Part shown: piece by piece, positions 9,635 to 20,656 of the stretch
Position numbering within the stretch: the first letter of the stretch is position 1
How the letters are laid out: every line of letters begins with the position of its first letter
NCBI GenBank assembly: GCA_030919125.1
Contig: CP121470.1
Location: 1,532,391-1,596,390, forward strand
Direction of reading: 5' to 3'
Source: Methanoregula sp. SKADARSKE-2
GTDB lineage: Archaea; Halobacteriota; Methanomicrobia; Methanomicrobiales; Methanospirillaceae
Length of the DNA: 64,000 nucleotides
Notes under the pieces: generated by a model
Databases searched by the model: none
Told to the model about the DNA's origin: nothing
Seen by the model: only the letters and a program-made list of their open reading frames with translations
Program-made: the position numbers and the translations under genes

Positions 9635-10261
9635 GCCAGATAGATCTTTTTGTCCGCACCCGGGAAACTTCCGATCTCTTGACCGGGCTATTTTTCCCGG
9701 TCACACTTGCCTGAAAGACTGCGCTCTCTTCGGATTACGTACGGCCGGAAAATTCTGCCGGTATTTTCTGCAGAGCCATCCATGAGCCATGAACTTTACC
9801 CCTGAGCCCTAAAAACGGCCGGGAAATTTTTTGTTTTGAGAGCGGGTATGCAGGTGTTGAGTCAGTCTAAAAAAATCCGGTGCAGCTCTTGGCGGACCCG
9901 CTCTCCTTGTTTTTCGCCGGAGTTTGGATCTATCCCGCCTCCCATGATACTGCAGCGGTATCTTCCTCTCCAAACCTTTCAGGCTGACTTTTTTTGGTTC
10001 ACCGTCTTTCCGGACGATGGGTCAAAATAAAGCGGGGAGAACTGTCAGCTTCCGCAAAAGTTCTCCGGAAGGCTTTGGTTTCCTGAAACGCTTGGGTGAT
10101 GATCGGAATCCAATGGGATTATCAGCCCGGGGGAAAAATACTTGGATGGTAGCTTTGCCTCTGATCGCCCGATGACATAAACCTTGGTTTACCGGGACCG
10201 GGTAAGAAGAGGATCCCGGCGGGAAAAACGGATCATGAGGGGAGAGGAGGAGACCAGAGTT

Positions 10262-11566
10262 ATGAATGTACCAGAAATTGATCCCTCGCCCGGTATCGAT
10301 ACCGGGAAGATGGACCGGAAGATCTGGTGGAGGATCATCCCCTTCATCCTTGTCCTGTACGTGATCAGTATCCTTGACCGGATCAATATCGGGTACGCTG
10401 CCCTGACCATGAATGCCGAGCTCGGGATCGATCACTTCCTCTTCGGGTTCATTTCAGGAATTTTCTTTATCAGCTACATCCTGTTCGAAGTGCCCGGCAA
10501 CCAGATTCTTGCACGATCCGGTGCCCGGATCTGGCTGTTCCGGATTATGGTCAGCTGGGGAATCATCGCCATGCTGATGGCAGTCGTCCGCACGCCCCTT
10601 GAACTGGGGATCCTCCGGTTTTTTCTGGGAGCCGCTGAAGCGGGTTTTGCCCCGGGTCTCATCCTGTACCTCTCGTTCTGGTTCCGGAAAGAGAAGATTG
10701 CAAAGGCCCTGGCGGTATTTTTTATCGCAATTCCCCTGGCGATGATGATCGCCTCACCCCTATCCGTTTTCATCCTTTCCCATGCGAGCTGGTTTGGGAT
10801 CTCCGGATGGCGATGGCTGTTTCTCCTTGAGGGGTTACCGGCCGTCTTCTTCGGCTGTGCGATCCTCGTTTGTCTCTCGGATCTTCCGGAAAAGGCACGG
10901 TGGCTCACTCCCCACGAGCGCGCATGGCTCGGGACCCATCTCGACGGGGACCGGGTGAAGGAGGCGACCACACAAAAAATCCCGTTCCGGCAACTAGCCG
11001 GATTCCCGATGGCGATAATCCTGTGCTCATCATCCTTCCTCGTCGGGCTTTTTCTTACAGGCCTCCTCTTCTGGTTCCCCCAGATAGTCTACAGTTCGGG
11101 GCTCTCCGGCTCGGTCTCCGATACGGGAATGCTTGTCATGATACCCTACGGCCTCTCCGCCGTGGTGATGTATGCCTGGTCGCTTCACTCGGATGCCGCC
11201 CGGGAACGCCGCTATCATGTGGCGATACCGTTTTTCCTTGCAGCTGTACTTCTCCTCGCCCTGTCCCTGTCCCTGCCCCACGGGGGGACAGCCGCCGGTT
11301 TCCTCATCCTCACCGGGGTAATTGCAGCATGCTACGCAGCCTATGCCCCGTTCTTTGCATTGACGCTCGAAATTTTTCCCCCGGATCTCCGGGCCTCGGG
11401 AACCGCTCTTGTCAATACTACAGCATCGATGGGAGCCTTTCTCGGCCCGGTCATCTTCGGCCTTCTGGGCGGGCAGATAACCGGTCCTGTTGCGATCCTG
11501 ATGCTCGGTCTTCTTGGGATCGCTCTCATGGTCTGCGGTCTCTGCCTTCTGCGGTGCCGGGAATAA
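10262..11566 (+). CDS. MFS transporter, anion:cation symporter-like (TtuB/NicT type)
   Basis: LDRINIGYA, FEVPGN, GARIW, GAAEAGFAPG, GWRWLFLLEG motifs; about 12 hydrophobic segments; start taken at ATG 10262. Confidence 0.85.
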   Translation: MNVPEIDPSPGIDTGKMDRKIWWRIIPFILVLYVISILDRINIGYAALTMNAELGIDHFLFGFISGIFFISYILFEVPGNQILARSGARIWLFRIMVSWGIIAMLMAVVRTPLELGILRFFLGAAEAGFAPGLILYLSFWFRKEKIAKALAVFFIAIPLAMMIASPLSVFILSHASWFGISGWRWLFLLEGLPAVFFGCAILVCLSDLPEKARWLTPHERAWLGTHLDGDRVKEATTQKIPFRQLAGFPMAIILCSSSFLVGLFLTGLLFWFPQIVYSSGLSGSVSDTGMLVMIPYGLSAVVMYAWSLHSDAARERRYHVAIPFFLAAVLLLALSLSLPHGGTAAGFLILTGVIAACYAAYAPFFALTLEIFPPDLRASGTALVNTTASMGAFLGPVIFGLLGGQITGPVAILMLGLLGIALMVCGLCLLRCRE

Positions 11567-11809
11567 TTTTTCCGGGATCAACCGGATTTTTTTTAGAGAC
11601 CGGTGACCGATACAGTACAAAGTGTACGAAGATTTTCCGCATGGCCGGAAAAAAATCGGCCTGCATTTCCTTGTGCTGTGACCGGATATACCGAGGTCCT
11701 TTGGACAATGCAGGCTTTTTAAAACTTTTCAGAACTTCCTTTTCGGACCCATGACGGCGTCATCCAGAGAGCGAGGAACAAGCCCGGCAAAAATGATGGT
11801 CTCTCTCAC

Positions 11810-12658
11810 CTAAAGCAGGGTCAGGAAAAGGTAACTGAACATAACCAGCGATACGAACGGGATGATGCGGAGAGACCACGCGGAGATCTGATCCACCCGG
11901 GCGAGATCAGTGCGCTCGTTATATTTCATGATGAGAATGCCGGAGATGAGCACCGCTGCAAGGAGCATAGACGCGTTCAGCCCGAGGCGCGAGGTCTCTT
12001 TCATGAGCAGGGATGCGAGCGAGACAACAATGATCAGGAGGAGCGGCAGGAAAATTTCAGGATTGTCGACTCATTGTTTCGCGTGATCCCGTAGCTGAAG
12101 ACCGCGCGGGAGAAGGGAACTTCTCCCGGAGCGTACGTCCTGTTCGTGAGAACAGCCTCCGTGCTCGTGAGCGCCCATCCGGGCATTATCGTCTCCGGAT
12201 TGAGACCCAACTGGCTCTGGTTGATCGTGAAAGCGAGATAGTTTTCCACTAAGGTTTTTGGGTTCGATGATGATGGGGAGGGTGTGAGAGACAAAAGGGA
12301 AGTACCGGAGATTCGGAATTGCATTTATTAGCGCATATACCCGGTAGGTCTTCTCCAAGCCTGCATCGCTGAGCAGATCGACAGAGTTGATTCGCCCGTT
12401 TGTGATCTCAAAGTCCGCAAGGGAGAGGTTTCTCTCGGACCGGAGGCTCAGGTAGAACGTGGTTGTTACGGTTCCTTCAGAGATGCTGAACCCGGTAAAA
12501 TCCACGACATATATCCCGATCTCTGCCGTGGCAGGCTGATGATGACCGGAACCCGTGCCGAAACTTTCGGCAAGTACCGGCCCGGCGAGCAGGACGATGC
12601 CGGCAAGGCAGAGCAGGAAGCTGCAAAAACGGGCGCGTACCTGCCAGGACGGGAGCAA
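11810..12658 (-). pseudogene. Pentameric ligand-gated ion channel (GLIC/ELIC-like) pseudogene
   Basis: Signal peptide; beta-rich extracellular domain with GIYVVDF and Pro-loop LRYFPFVSHTL; frameshifts near 12255 and 12055; then TM helices FLPLLLIIVVSLASLL, RLGLNASMLLAAVLI and a final helix; the M2-M3 loop and most of M3 appear deleted. Confidence 0.6.
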
Positions 12659-13381
12659 ACCGGCAGGGATATTCGCATTCTCGGTGCGGCGAGTTGTATC
12701 AGTCTCCCCGTTATTACATCAATGTGGTGCAGATAATATAAATAGTGTTTAATGCTCGCAAAAAAATGCGATGCGAAACTTCGGGAATTCCATTTTCTGT
12801 CAGCGGAGGTACTGTCGGAATGATGTTCGATGATCTCCGAGAAGCGGGGCGGATACATCACGAATGATGGAGGTCTTGATCGCAGCCCGGTTTTTGGCCG
12901 TGGTAAAGTGGAGGTGGAGGATCTCTTCCCCCCAGTCACTCAGCTGCAGTTCTCGAGAGGTTGAGCTTCACCGGGAGAAATTTTCTCACTGACGGCCCTT
13001 CGATCTCTTCCACGCCACTCGCTTCGGTATCAGCAGTATTCTTCCATCTGCCGGCCAGGCACACCCGGGCTTTTACGAGGTCGGAGGGGGAGGGGAGGGT
13101 TCGTTGGATCTCATCGGTTACCACGGCCTGATGCCGGGTCGTGTTCGTTTACCAGTTTCCGGAAAAGAATACCGATTCGGATCGTGACGATCTCACCGGT
13201 CGGATGAGCGCAGGCTTCCTGGTCGAGCTGCATCACAAAGAACGGCGAGCCCGGAGAAGGAGCACGGTTTTGAAAGAACGGTGCCGGAAGGGCATACCGG
13301 TCTACCCGGCAAGAATAATCCGCTTACATCCGCGCGAGAGATACAACGAGAACGATTGGGGTTACGCTCGCGGATGGGATT

Positions 13382-14165
13382 TTTCCTCACGAGGATTTCC
13401 GGACCATGCCGGCCTATCTCCCAGCCGTGAACATTGCAGGAGTGAAGATCGTCAATGTCCATCCCGGCAACTGGTCGCTCGGCCTGCCTTCCGTGATGGC
13501 CCTCACCCTGATCCTGGATCCGGGGACCGGCGTCCCGCAGGCTCTCCTGAACGCCACGGCCCTGACCGATATGCGGACTGAGTCGGAAGAACGAGATCGA
13601 GCTGGGCCTCATCGGCACCGGCCGGTAGGCGGAGATGCAGCTGGCGGCCATCGCCCACGAGCTTGCGATCCGCAAGGTGAAGATCTGGAGCCTCGATGAG
13701 AAACTCGCTGAAGCGTTTAAGCGCGCCCATAGCGGTTCATTCGACATCATGGTCTGCACACCCGCACAGGCCTGCGACTGCGATGTGCTCGTCACCACCC
13801 CATCTCGCACCCCAATCGTCCAAAATGCCTGGATCCATGAAGGGACCCACATCAACGCGATCGGTGCCGATGCTCCCGGCAAGCAGGAACTGGATCCCGC
13901 GCTCCTGAATCGGGCACGGGTCTTCGTGGACGATCACGAACAGGCTGTCCACTCCGGCGAGATCAACGTAGCTGTTGCAAAGGGGCTCTTCTCCCCGGAC
14001 CGGATCGCCGGCACGCTCGGGGAAGTAGTCCTTGGCCGGAAGGGCAGGTTGTCAGATGACAAGGTTACAATCTTCGATTCCACCGGGCTTGCCCCCCAGG
14101 ACCTGGCCATAGCATCGCTCGCCATGAAGCAGAGCCAGCCGATCGATATTCCGTTCATTGTCTGA
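13382..14165 (+). pseudogene. ala: Alanine dehydrogenase / ornithine cyclodeaminase family pseudogene
   Basis: DFRTMPAYLP, KIVNVHPGN, TDMRT, HINAIGADAPGKQELD, FDSTGLA motifs; N-terminus missing; deletion and frameshift after MRT remove the GAAG and Rossmann segment. Confidence 0.85.
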
Positions 14166-14875
14166 TCCGGCAGGCCGGCCAAGGATACGGGGTTGCCCAG
14201 CTGCAGGCTCCTACCCGCTCACCAGGTATATCAGGATCGAAGATCCCTGCCCGGTACGCAAAGAATGGTGATGATCCCCCGGTTCCCCATCATCCTTTTG
14301 CAATGATTCAGATCCGCGAGGCTTGTGATCCGAAGAATCGATCCGAATCCGCTAAGCACAACCCCATTCTCTTGGTCGGCGCGAGCGCGATGCAGTAACC
14401 GTCCGAACGGTTCTCCTCTGACCGTCACCAACGAGGCGTGGTCCGATGAACGCGATCTCCGCGGGGGATGGAGGTGGGGGTGTTCAATGGGAACTATGAA
14501 GGCACCAGCAGTGACGCGGGTTCCTGTTCGCGTTTGGGTGACCTATGGAGCTGCCGGAGAAGGGGTGGGCGCTGGGTGCCAAGGCCAGGGACCGGCCGGT
14601 GGAGGGTGCTGGAGGAGAGGCAAGGGCATCCCACACCTTCTTTTTAGCGTATCCCGTGGCTGAACCCCGGCACGAGGGGTTTTCACCCTCTTCTTTTCCG
14701 GGAAAAGGGGATCTGAGTGGTTTGCCGTGTCAGCGAGATTCTCTCAAAAGAGTCCCATATTCTAGAGATCTTCCTGCATTACGGGTTTTGAAAAAAGTTT
14801 CCTGCCCTCTCCATATTTTCATTCGAATGAGGAAGGCCAAAAAATAAGGAGATCTTTCTCTGTTCACCGGAGGAA

Positions 14876-15433
14876 TTAAAAAACATGAGCAATGAGCTGG
14901 GAAACTGAGTCCGTCATCAAGAGAAAAACTCCGATAATTATGAATTCGCCATCCGCAAATATATCACAGAAACCATGATTCGATCCATATCTGTCAAAAG
15001 TAAGAATCAGAGTCTGAGTAAAAGCTGTCGCTACCGCAATAAGAAGCACCTCTGAATAAGCATTGATATTCACAAAATACCATGCCCCGATTGCTCCGAG
15101 GGTAATGTTGATGGTACTTAACGCAAGTTTTGTCAGCGGCATTCCAGCATAAACCGGGATTGTACAGATCCCGGCAAGACGATCACCTATGACATCCCGC
15201 ATATCGAACAGGGTTGTATTGATGAAGAAAAATGCATACAGGAATATGCTCACCACATAGGTTGTCGCTGTTGGACTCCCTCCCAGTATAAAAATGGGGA
15301 GAAAAGAGAGCGTTGTTGACCAGATCAATCCCAATGTCACATTTTTTATTGTCGGTATCTCTTTCAGTCGCCGGTAGCGGTAATTTGCCGGAAGTAAGGG
15401 AATACTGTAGGCAATACCTATGATAAGCGGTCC
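14876..15433 (-). pseudogene. UbiA-family prenyltransferase, 3' part cut off by IS630
   Basis: YS.P...RRLKEIP..KN and FDMRDVIGDRLAGICTIPV motifs; the frame runs directly into the IS630 end at about 15434; AT-rich. Confidence 0.75.
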
Positions 15434-15435
15434 TA

Positions 15436-16652
15436 GTAGTTACCGACAATTGAATATATAGATTTTATTGGAAATTATTTTTATTTAAGTACGTACTATA
15501 AAGTTTCAATGAAGAAGCGGTATGTCGTTGAATTAACGCAACAAGAAAGGAAACACCTGACAGGAATTGTCAAGCGTGGGAAAGGCCCGGCGTATCGAAT
15601 CCGACACGCGTATGTCCTGTTGCATGCAGATAAAAATAAATCCGGCAAGACCGATGAAGAGATAACCGTTCTGTTACACTGCCATAGTCAAACAGTTTTC
15701 AATATACGCAAGAAGTATTTCGAAGAAGGACTAACTCGCGCAGTCGGGAGAAAAGCCCAGGAATCATCACCCATTCCCCGAAAACTGGATGGAGCAAAAG
15801 AAGCCCGGCTTATCACGATAGCATGCAGTCAACCGCCGGAAGGATATGCCAATTGGACCCTTGACCTCCTCGCAGACAAAATGGTTGAGTTAAAAATTGT
15901 CGAGACGATTTCAGGAAAAACGATCGGCCGCGTCTTAAAAAAACGAGTTAAAACCTCACCTGCGGCAATGCTGGGTTATTCCGCCGCAACAAAACGCTGA
16001 ATTTGTTGCTCACATGGAGGATATCCTGGAACTCTATCACCGACCTTATGATCCGGAAGTCCCTCTGATTTGTATGGATGAAAAATCGGTCCAGTTACTC
16101 GGAGACTCCCGGGATTCGTTGCCAGCGACTCCCCGGTATCCCGTTCGATATGATTATGAGTATACACGAAATGGAACTGCCTCAATATTCTTCTTCACTA
16201 AAACCCCTGAAAGGAGGGAGGAGAGTTAATCCCCGCAAGCACAGAAAAAAAGTGGATTGGGCTCACGAAGTTAGAGAGTTACTCGAGATTGATTACCCAA
16301 ACGCCAGAAAAATAATTCTTATCTGCGATAACCTGAACACCCACACGATTGGAGCATTTTATGAGGCGTTTCCTCCGGAGGAAGCTTCGATTCTTGTCAA
16401 ACGCTTGGAGATCCATAACACCCCCATACATGGGAGCTGGCTAAACATCGCTGAAATTGAATTAAGCGCGTTATCCCGTCAATGTCTTGATCGAAGATTG
16501 GATAATCTGGAATTGCTTATCCACGAAACAAAAAAGTGGGAAACCTCCAGAAACAATAACCAGAAACTGGTCGACTGGCAGTTTACTTCTGAAAGTGCAA
16601 GGATTAAACTAAAACGACTCTACCATCAATTTTAAGTGTCTATCTCCACTAC
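15436..16652 (+). mobile_element. IS630-family insertion sequence
   Basis: TA at the left flank; termini gtagttaccgac / ...ctccactac; left end matches the remnant at 35573-35620. Confidence 0.85.
15509..16635 (+). pseudogene. IS630 transposase: programmed -1 frameshift plus a second inactivating frameshift
   Basis: OrfA HTH (WTLDLLA), A7 slippery site 15937-15943 leading into KNELKPHL...ICMDEK; extra A near 16200 shifts the frame before PLKG...DNLNTH...GSWLNIAEIELS. Confidence 0.85.
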
Positions 16653-16757
16653 CAGCTCAAGGAAGGTGAGGTATCCGACAAACCGGTACGCAACCTTCTG
16701 TGCGTACCCCAGCCGCCGGAATTCCCTCGTGGTCTGTCTGCAGAAATTTTGTTTCAT
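16653..16757 (-). other. Orphan 5' gene fragment (MKQNF...YRFVGYLTFLEL) ending at the IS630 right end
   Basis: ATG at 16757, 35 open codons up to the IS boundary; may be the N-terminus of the UbiA gene, with intervening DNA deleted. Confidence 0.3.
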
Positions 16758-17041
16758 GGCTAGTTAATTTTACAAAGTTCGATCATCGTTTAAAGATAGC
16801 GGTCCCTTCGAAAATTTTCGCAGTCACGAGCCTTATTTTTCCTGCATCCCGCGCAATCCGGGCCCGCAAAACAGTTTCCCGGAACAATCGTTCCGGTCCA
16901 AAATCAAGCGCGGCGCGGGCCGGGAAAAATATTTAAAATCTGCGGGAATTTTTATAAAAAATCAGAATCTGTTGGCGGACCTGCCGCATTCAATCAGCTA
17001 ACCGCGGGGTTAGCTGAAATCCGGGAAGATCCCGCCGCTCG

Positions 17042-17140
17042 TCCATCGATCGGGATCGCGTTCAGTTTCACGGACGAGAGCATCTTTCTGCATTTTGATG
17101 ATTCCCGCTGCTCGTCCTCCATTCCGGGCTTGAAGAGACC
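17042..17140 (-). pseudogene. Relic of a second nikR copy (C-terminal fragment)
   Basis: 17045-17075 is 28/31 identical to the nikR 3' end (18010-18040) and translates SVKLNAIPID versus SVKLNTIPID. Confidence 0.55.
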
Positions 17141-17263
17141 TAAAATGGACTTTCCTTCATCCTTGATCTCTTCGGTTAAACTGAACCGCGTGGGTCTTAT
17201 TAAAAAAAGGGACGTGCTGGTTTCACAGGGTCGCAGATAAAAAAATAAGACGCGGGCAAAAGA

Positions 17264-17599
17264 TCAGAACTCTTCGGCAATCCCGTAGCCCCAACGGTAG
17301 AGCGTCCCGATGGGATCGCTTCTCGGGAAGAGATCACAGACAAGGTTCTTCCCCCGGAGGAACCGTTCCGCTGTTGCCGGTGAGACAGGCAGGATCTTCT
17401 CCTTGATCGCTTTACTTGTTGACCAGAGATGGAGATAATAGGTAACTGTCTTTTCTCTGTCCGTGTGGAGGTAGAGATCTTTACCCTGGAGCTGGATCTC
17501 CTCCGAATACCGTAACGGTCTTGGGGCCGCATAGAGGCATACGTCCGACCGCGTGTCAACCTTTGACTTCCGGCTGCCGTTATACAGTTGCGTTCTCAT
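17264..17599 (-). CDS. Hypothetical protein
   Basis: 111-aa ORF, ATG start, natural composition, ends GYGIAEEF. Confidence 0.6.
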   Translation of the reverse strand: MRTQLYNGSRKSKVDTRSDVCLYAAPRPLRYSEEIQLQGKDLYLHTDREKTVTYYLHLWSTSKAIKEKILPVSPATAERFLRGKNLVCDLFPRSDPIGTLYRWGYGIAEEF

Positions 17600-18003
17600 G
17601 CTACAACTCTTGCTATTTACCGAAGGGATTGTTTCCCCACAGCCCCTCCGTTCACAGCGTATGTTTGAGGCAATGTCTTTTGTCGTTCGGGATGCCGTGA
17701 AGCGGCGATACCCTGCTTCCTGTATAGGGTGAGGGGGTTATTATATTTTTTTTATTTTTGTAACAACAAATGCACAATTTTTTTTAAAAATGTAGTACAA
17801 AAGGGGATACCTGGTGCCAGACAATACTTGTGTCCCCCGGCAGGAGCGATCAATGCTCGTCCCCGGAAGCAGAGAACCTGGAAAACCGATTATCCCCTGG
17901 CAAAGTATCCGGCCCGCTCAGGCTCCCTGCAGGCAGTCACAAAAAGTCCCGTACAACCCGCTGAAAGAAGAGGGTGTATCTCAGGATCGCCGAAATTGAT
18001 CCC

Positions 18004-18426
18004 TTACGTATCGATCGGGATCGTGTTCAGTTTTACCGACTTGACCCCTTTCTGTGCCATCAGCCGTTCGGCAAGCGCCTTGAGCTGCGAGCCGTCGCCA
18101 TGGATCAGGATGACCTCAAGGCACCGGTTGGGGGTTACGTGCGAGTGGATCGACGCCTTGATGGTGTTGTGGTGCTCGTGTTCGATGTCGGTGATGGTGG
18201 TGAGGAGGTTCCGCTGGTCGTGGTCGTATACCATGGTGATGACCCCCTCGCGTTCGCCCTTGACATCGGACATCCACTTGTAGTACGTGATGTACGTCCG
18301 GATCGCGTCGCGGATCCCTTCCGAACGGGACGAGTAGCCCCGGTAATTCAGGATCTCATCGAACCGGTCGAGAAGGGTCTTGGGGAGCGATACGCCAATC
18401 CGGGAGAGATCGTCATCCATCGTCAT
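18004..18426 (-). CDS. nikR: Nickel-responsive transcriptional regulator NikR
   Basis: Ribbon-helix-helix N-terminus (RIGVSLP...SRSEGIRDAIR) and Ni ligands YDH...HSH...CLE. Confidence 0.95.
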   Translation of the reverse strand: MTMDDDLSRIGVSLPKTLLDRFDEILNYRGYSSRSEGIRDAIRTYITYYKWMSDVKGEREGVITMVYDHDQRNLLTTITDIEHEHHNTIKASIHSHVTPNRCLEVILIHGDGSQLKALAERLMAQKGVKSVKLNTIPIDT

Positions 18427-18458
18427 GATACGCAGGTGAATATCATTGCGTAGTACCC

Positions 18459-18470
18459 TTTATAGGTTTT
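18459..18470 (-). promoter_or_regulatory. TATA box/BRE of nikR
   Basis: Minus strand reads AAAACCTATAAA, about 33 nt upstream of the start codon. Confidence 0.5.
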
Positions 18471-18733
18471 GAAAATACTCCGGGAATGAACGCTTCGTCT
18501 GATTTTTTCTCGCGCATGGCTGCGATCGCTTCATGACCGGGCTCGGATCCGTACACTTCGCCTTCTCCAGTGAGTACCGGAGGCCGGGCTCGCAAAGGCG
18601 GGTTGGATAAAACCTGTCGTTCACCCCTCAGGTTGATGGATCGAATCATCCGGATTTGGTCAATTCCTTCCGTAACTTTCCCTCACATTAAAAAATTCAT
18701 CTGAGATCCCGATCAGATCATAATCTTTTTCAT

Positions 18734-18768
18734 TAATATGGTGTTACTTTAAGATAAAATCGTATTAA
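18734..18768 (+). promoter_or_regulatory. nikM promoter with candidate NikR operator
   Basis: TATA-like tttaagat (18748-18755) flanked by GTGTTAC-N14-GTATTAA half-sites; inferred from position next to divergent nikR; palindrome is weak. Confidence 0.3.
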
Positions 18769-18786
18769 CTATCCTGTGGTGTTATT

Positions 18787-19437
18787 GTGCATATTCCCGA
18801 CGCATTTATCCCGATATGGCAGGGCGCGATCTACTGGCTCCTCGCCCTTGTCTTTGTGGCGCTTGCCCTCCGGTGGGCCAGGAACGAGATGAACGAGGAG
18901 AAACTCCCGCTCGTGGCAGTCCTCGCAGCCGGCATCTTTGCCCTCCAGTCCTTCAACCTTCCGGTCTCGATGGGAACCAGCGGGCATCTCGTGGGCGGGG
19001 CGCTTGCCGCGATAATCCTCGGCTCTCCCTTCGCCGCGATCTTCATCCTGACCATGGTCCTCATCGTCCAGGGAGTCCTGTTTGGTGACGGCGGGATCAC
19101 GACAATGGGTGCAAATATCATCAACATGGGCGTGATCGGGGGATTTGTCGGGTTTTATTCGTTCAAGGGAATCCTGCGCATGACAAAGAGCATGCCGGTC
19201 TCTGCGTTCGTGGCCGCCTGGCTCGCGTGCCTCGTCCCGGCGCTTGCGGCGGCCTTTGAGATGTTCTTTGCCGGGACCTTCCCGCTCGTGGCAGGTCTCA
19301 TCACCATGGGAGTGTACCATGCGGTAATCGGGATCCTGGAAGGATTAGTAACGATTGCTGCGATCTACCTGATAACCAGCGTGAGGCCCGATCTCGTGGA
19401 GACCGGAGCCATAAGGGGAAAGGAGGTGGGTCCATGA
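18787..19437 (+). CDS. nikM: ECF nickel transporter S component NikM (CbiM family)
   Basis: N-terminal MHIPD metal-binding motif, GTSGHLVGG, LFGDGG; GTG start. Confidence 0.88.
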   Translation: MHIPDAFIPIWQGAIYWLLALVFVALALRWARNEMNEEKLPLVAVLAAGIFALQSFNLPVSMGTSGHLVGGALAAIILGSPFAAIFILTMVLIVQGVLFGDGGITTMGANIINMGVIGGFVGFYSFKGILRMTKSMPVSAFVAAWLACLVPALAAAFEMFFAGTFPLVAGLITMGVYHAVIGILEGLVTIAAIYLITSVRPDLVETGAIRGKEVGP

Positions 19438-19787
19438 AGATCGACAACAGGACATTCCTTGCTGCGGGGGTTATCATCGCACTCCTTATCGGGGTAATGG
19501 CGGTGTTTTTTGCCTCCGGGGATCCTGACGGACTTGAGAGCACGGCGCTTGTCGTGCAAGGAGAGAAGACGATCACGGGCGCAGCACCGGAACACGCAGA
19601 GATTCAGAAGGAGATCGTGGGGCGTTTCTCGTATTCTGCCCCGATGGCGGATTACTCGTTCAGCGAGACGATGGGGCCCCTGGAGGGGATCATTGCGATT
19701 GGTCTCGGTACGATCCTTGCGTTCCTGGCAGTTCTCGGGATCATTTATGCGATCAAAAAAGTCCGGCCTCCATTACAAAACCAATAG
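19434..19787 (+). CDS. PDGLE-domain membrane protein (NikN/NikL-like)
   Basis: ASGDPDGLE motif, two TM segments, 4-nt overlap with nikM. Confidence 0.85.
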   Translation: MKIDNRTFLAAGVIIALLIGVMAVFFASGDPDGLESTALVVQGEKTITGAAPEHAEIQKEIVGRFSYSAPMADYSFSETMGPLEGIIAIGLGTILAFLAVLGIIYAIKKVRPPLQNQ

Positions 19788-19822
19788 ACCTTTACCGTTT
19801 TTGAGCCTACGCTAAACTACTC

Positions 19823-20656
19823 ATGCACCTCATCGAGACCCGCGATCTCTGTTACGTTTATCCCGGCAAGGTAACCGCACTGGACAGGATCAATTTTATC
19901 GCCCCGAGGAAAGCCCGGATCGCGGTCATCGGATCGAACGGTGCGGGAAAGAGCACGCTTTTTAAACATTTCAACGGCATCTTCAGACCCACCTCCGGCA
20001 CGATCCTGATCCGCGGGGAGCCGATCACCAAAGCGAACAGCCGGGAGATAAGGAAGTTCTTGGGCCTCGTCTTCCAGAACCCTGACGATCAGATCTTCTC
20101 CCCCACCGTTGAACAGGATATAGCGTTCGGCCCGACCAATCTCGGGCTGGATGAAGAGACGATCCGCCACCGGGTCCACGAAGCCTTGAGCGTTGTCGGG
20201 ATCGAGCACCTCGCGCAGCGGGTCCCCCATCACCTGAGCGGGGGCGAGAAGAAGCGGGTTGCAATCGCCGGTGTGATCGCCATGGAGCCGGAGGTGCTGA
20301 TCCTCGATGAGCCGACCACCGGTCTTGACCCGAAAGGGGTTGCCGACCTCAACAGCTTCATCAACTCCCTCTCAGCGAAGTATGGCATGACCGTGGTCTT
20401 CTCCACCCATGACGTCGCGATGGTCCCTGAGGTTGCAGACTACATTTACGTGATGGATAAAGGCCGGGTCGTTGCGTGCGGGACGGCCGATGAGATCTTT
20501 GTGCAGCCGGAGATGCTCAGGTCCGTCCGGCTCGATGTGCCGGTCCTCCCCCGGCTCCTCAGGGCGCTCCGGGACAAGGGGGTGGACGTCTCGATGGCGT
20601 ACACGTACGCGGATGCGGAAGCCGCCCTCCTCCGGGCGTTTGGCAAACGATCATGA
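19823..20656 (+). CDS. cbiO: ECF transporter ATPase CbiO/NikO
   Basis: GSNGAGKST, VFQNPDDQ, LSGGEKKRVAIAG, LDEPT. Confidence 0.92.
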   Translation: MHLIETRDLCYVYPGKVTALDRINFIAPRKARIAVIGSNGAGKSTLFKHFNGIFRPTSGTILIRGEPITKANSREIRKFLGLVFQNPDDQIFSPTVEQDIAFGPTNLGLDEETIRHRVHEALSVVGIEHLAQRVPHHLSGGEKKRVAIAGVIAMEPEVLILDEPTTGLDPKGVADLNSFINSLSAKYGMTVVFSTHDVAMVPEVADYIYVMDKGRVVACGTADEIFVQPEMLRSVRLDVPVLPRLLRALRDKGVDVSMAYTYADAEAALLRAFGKRS

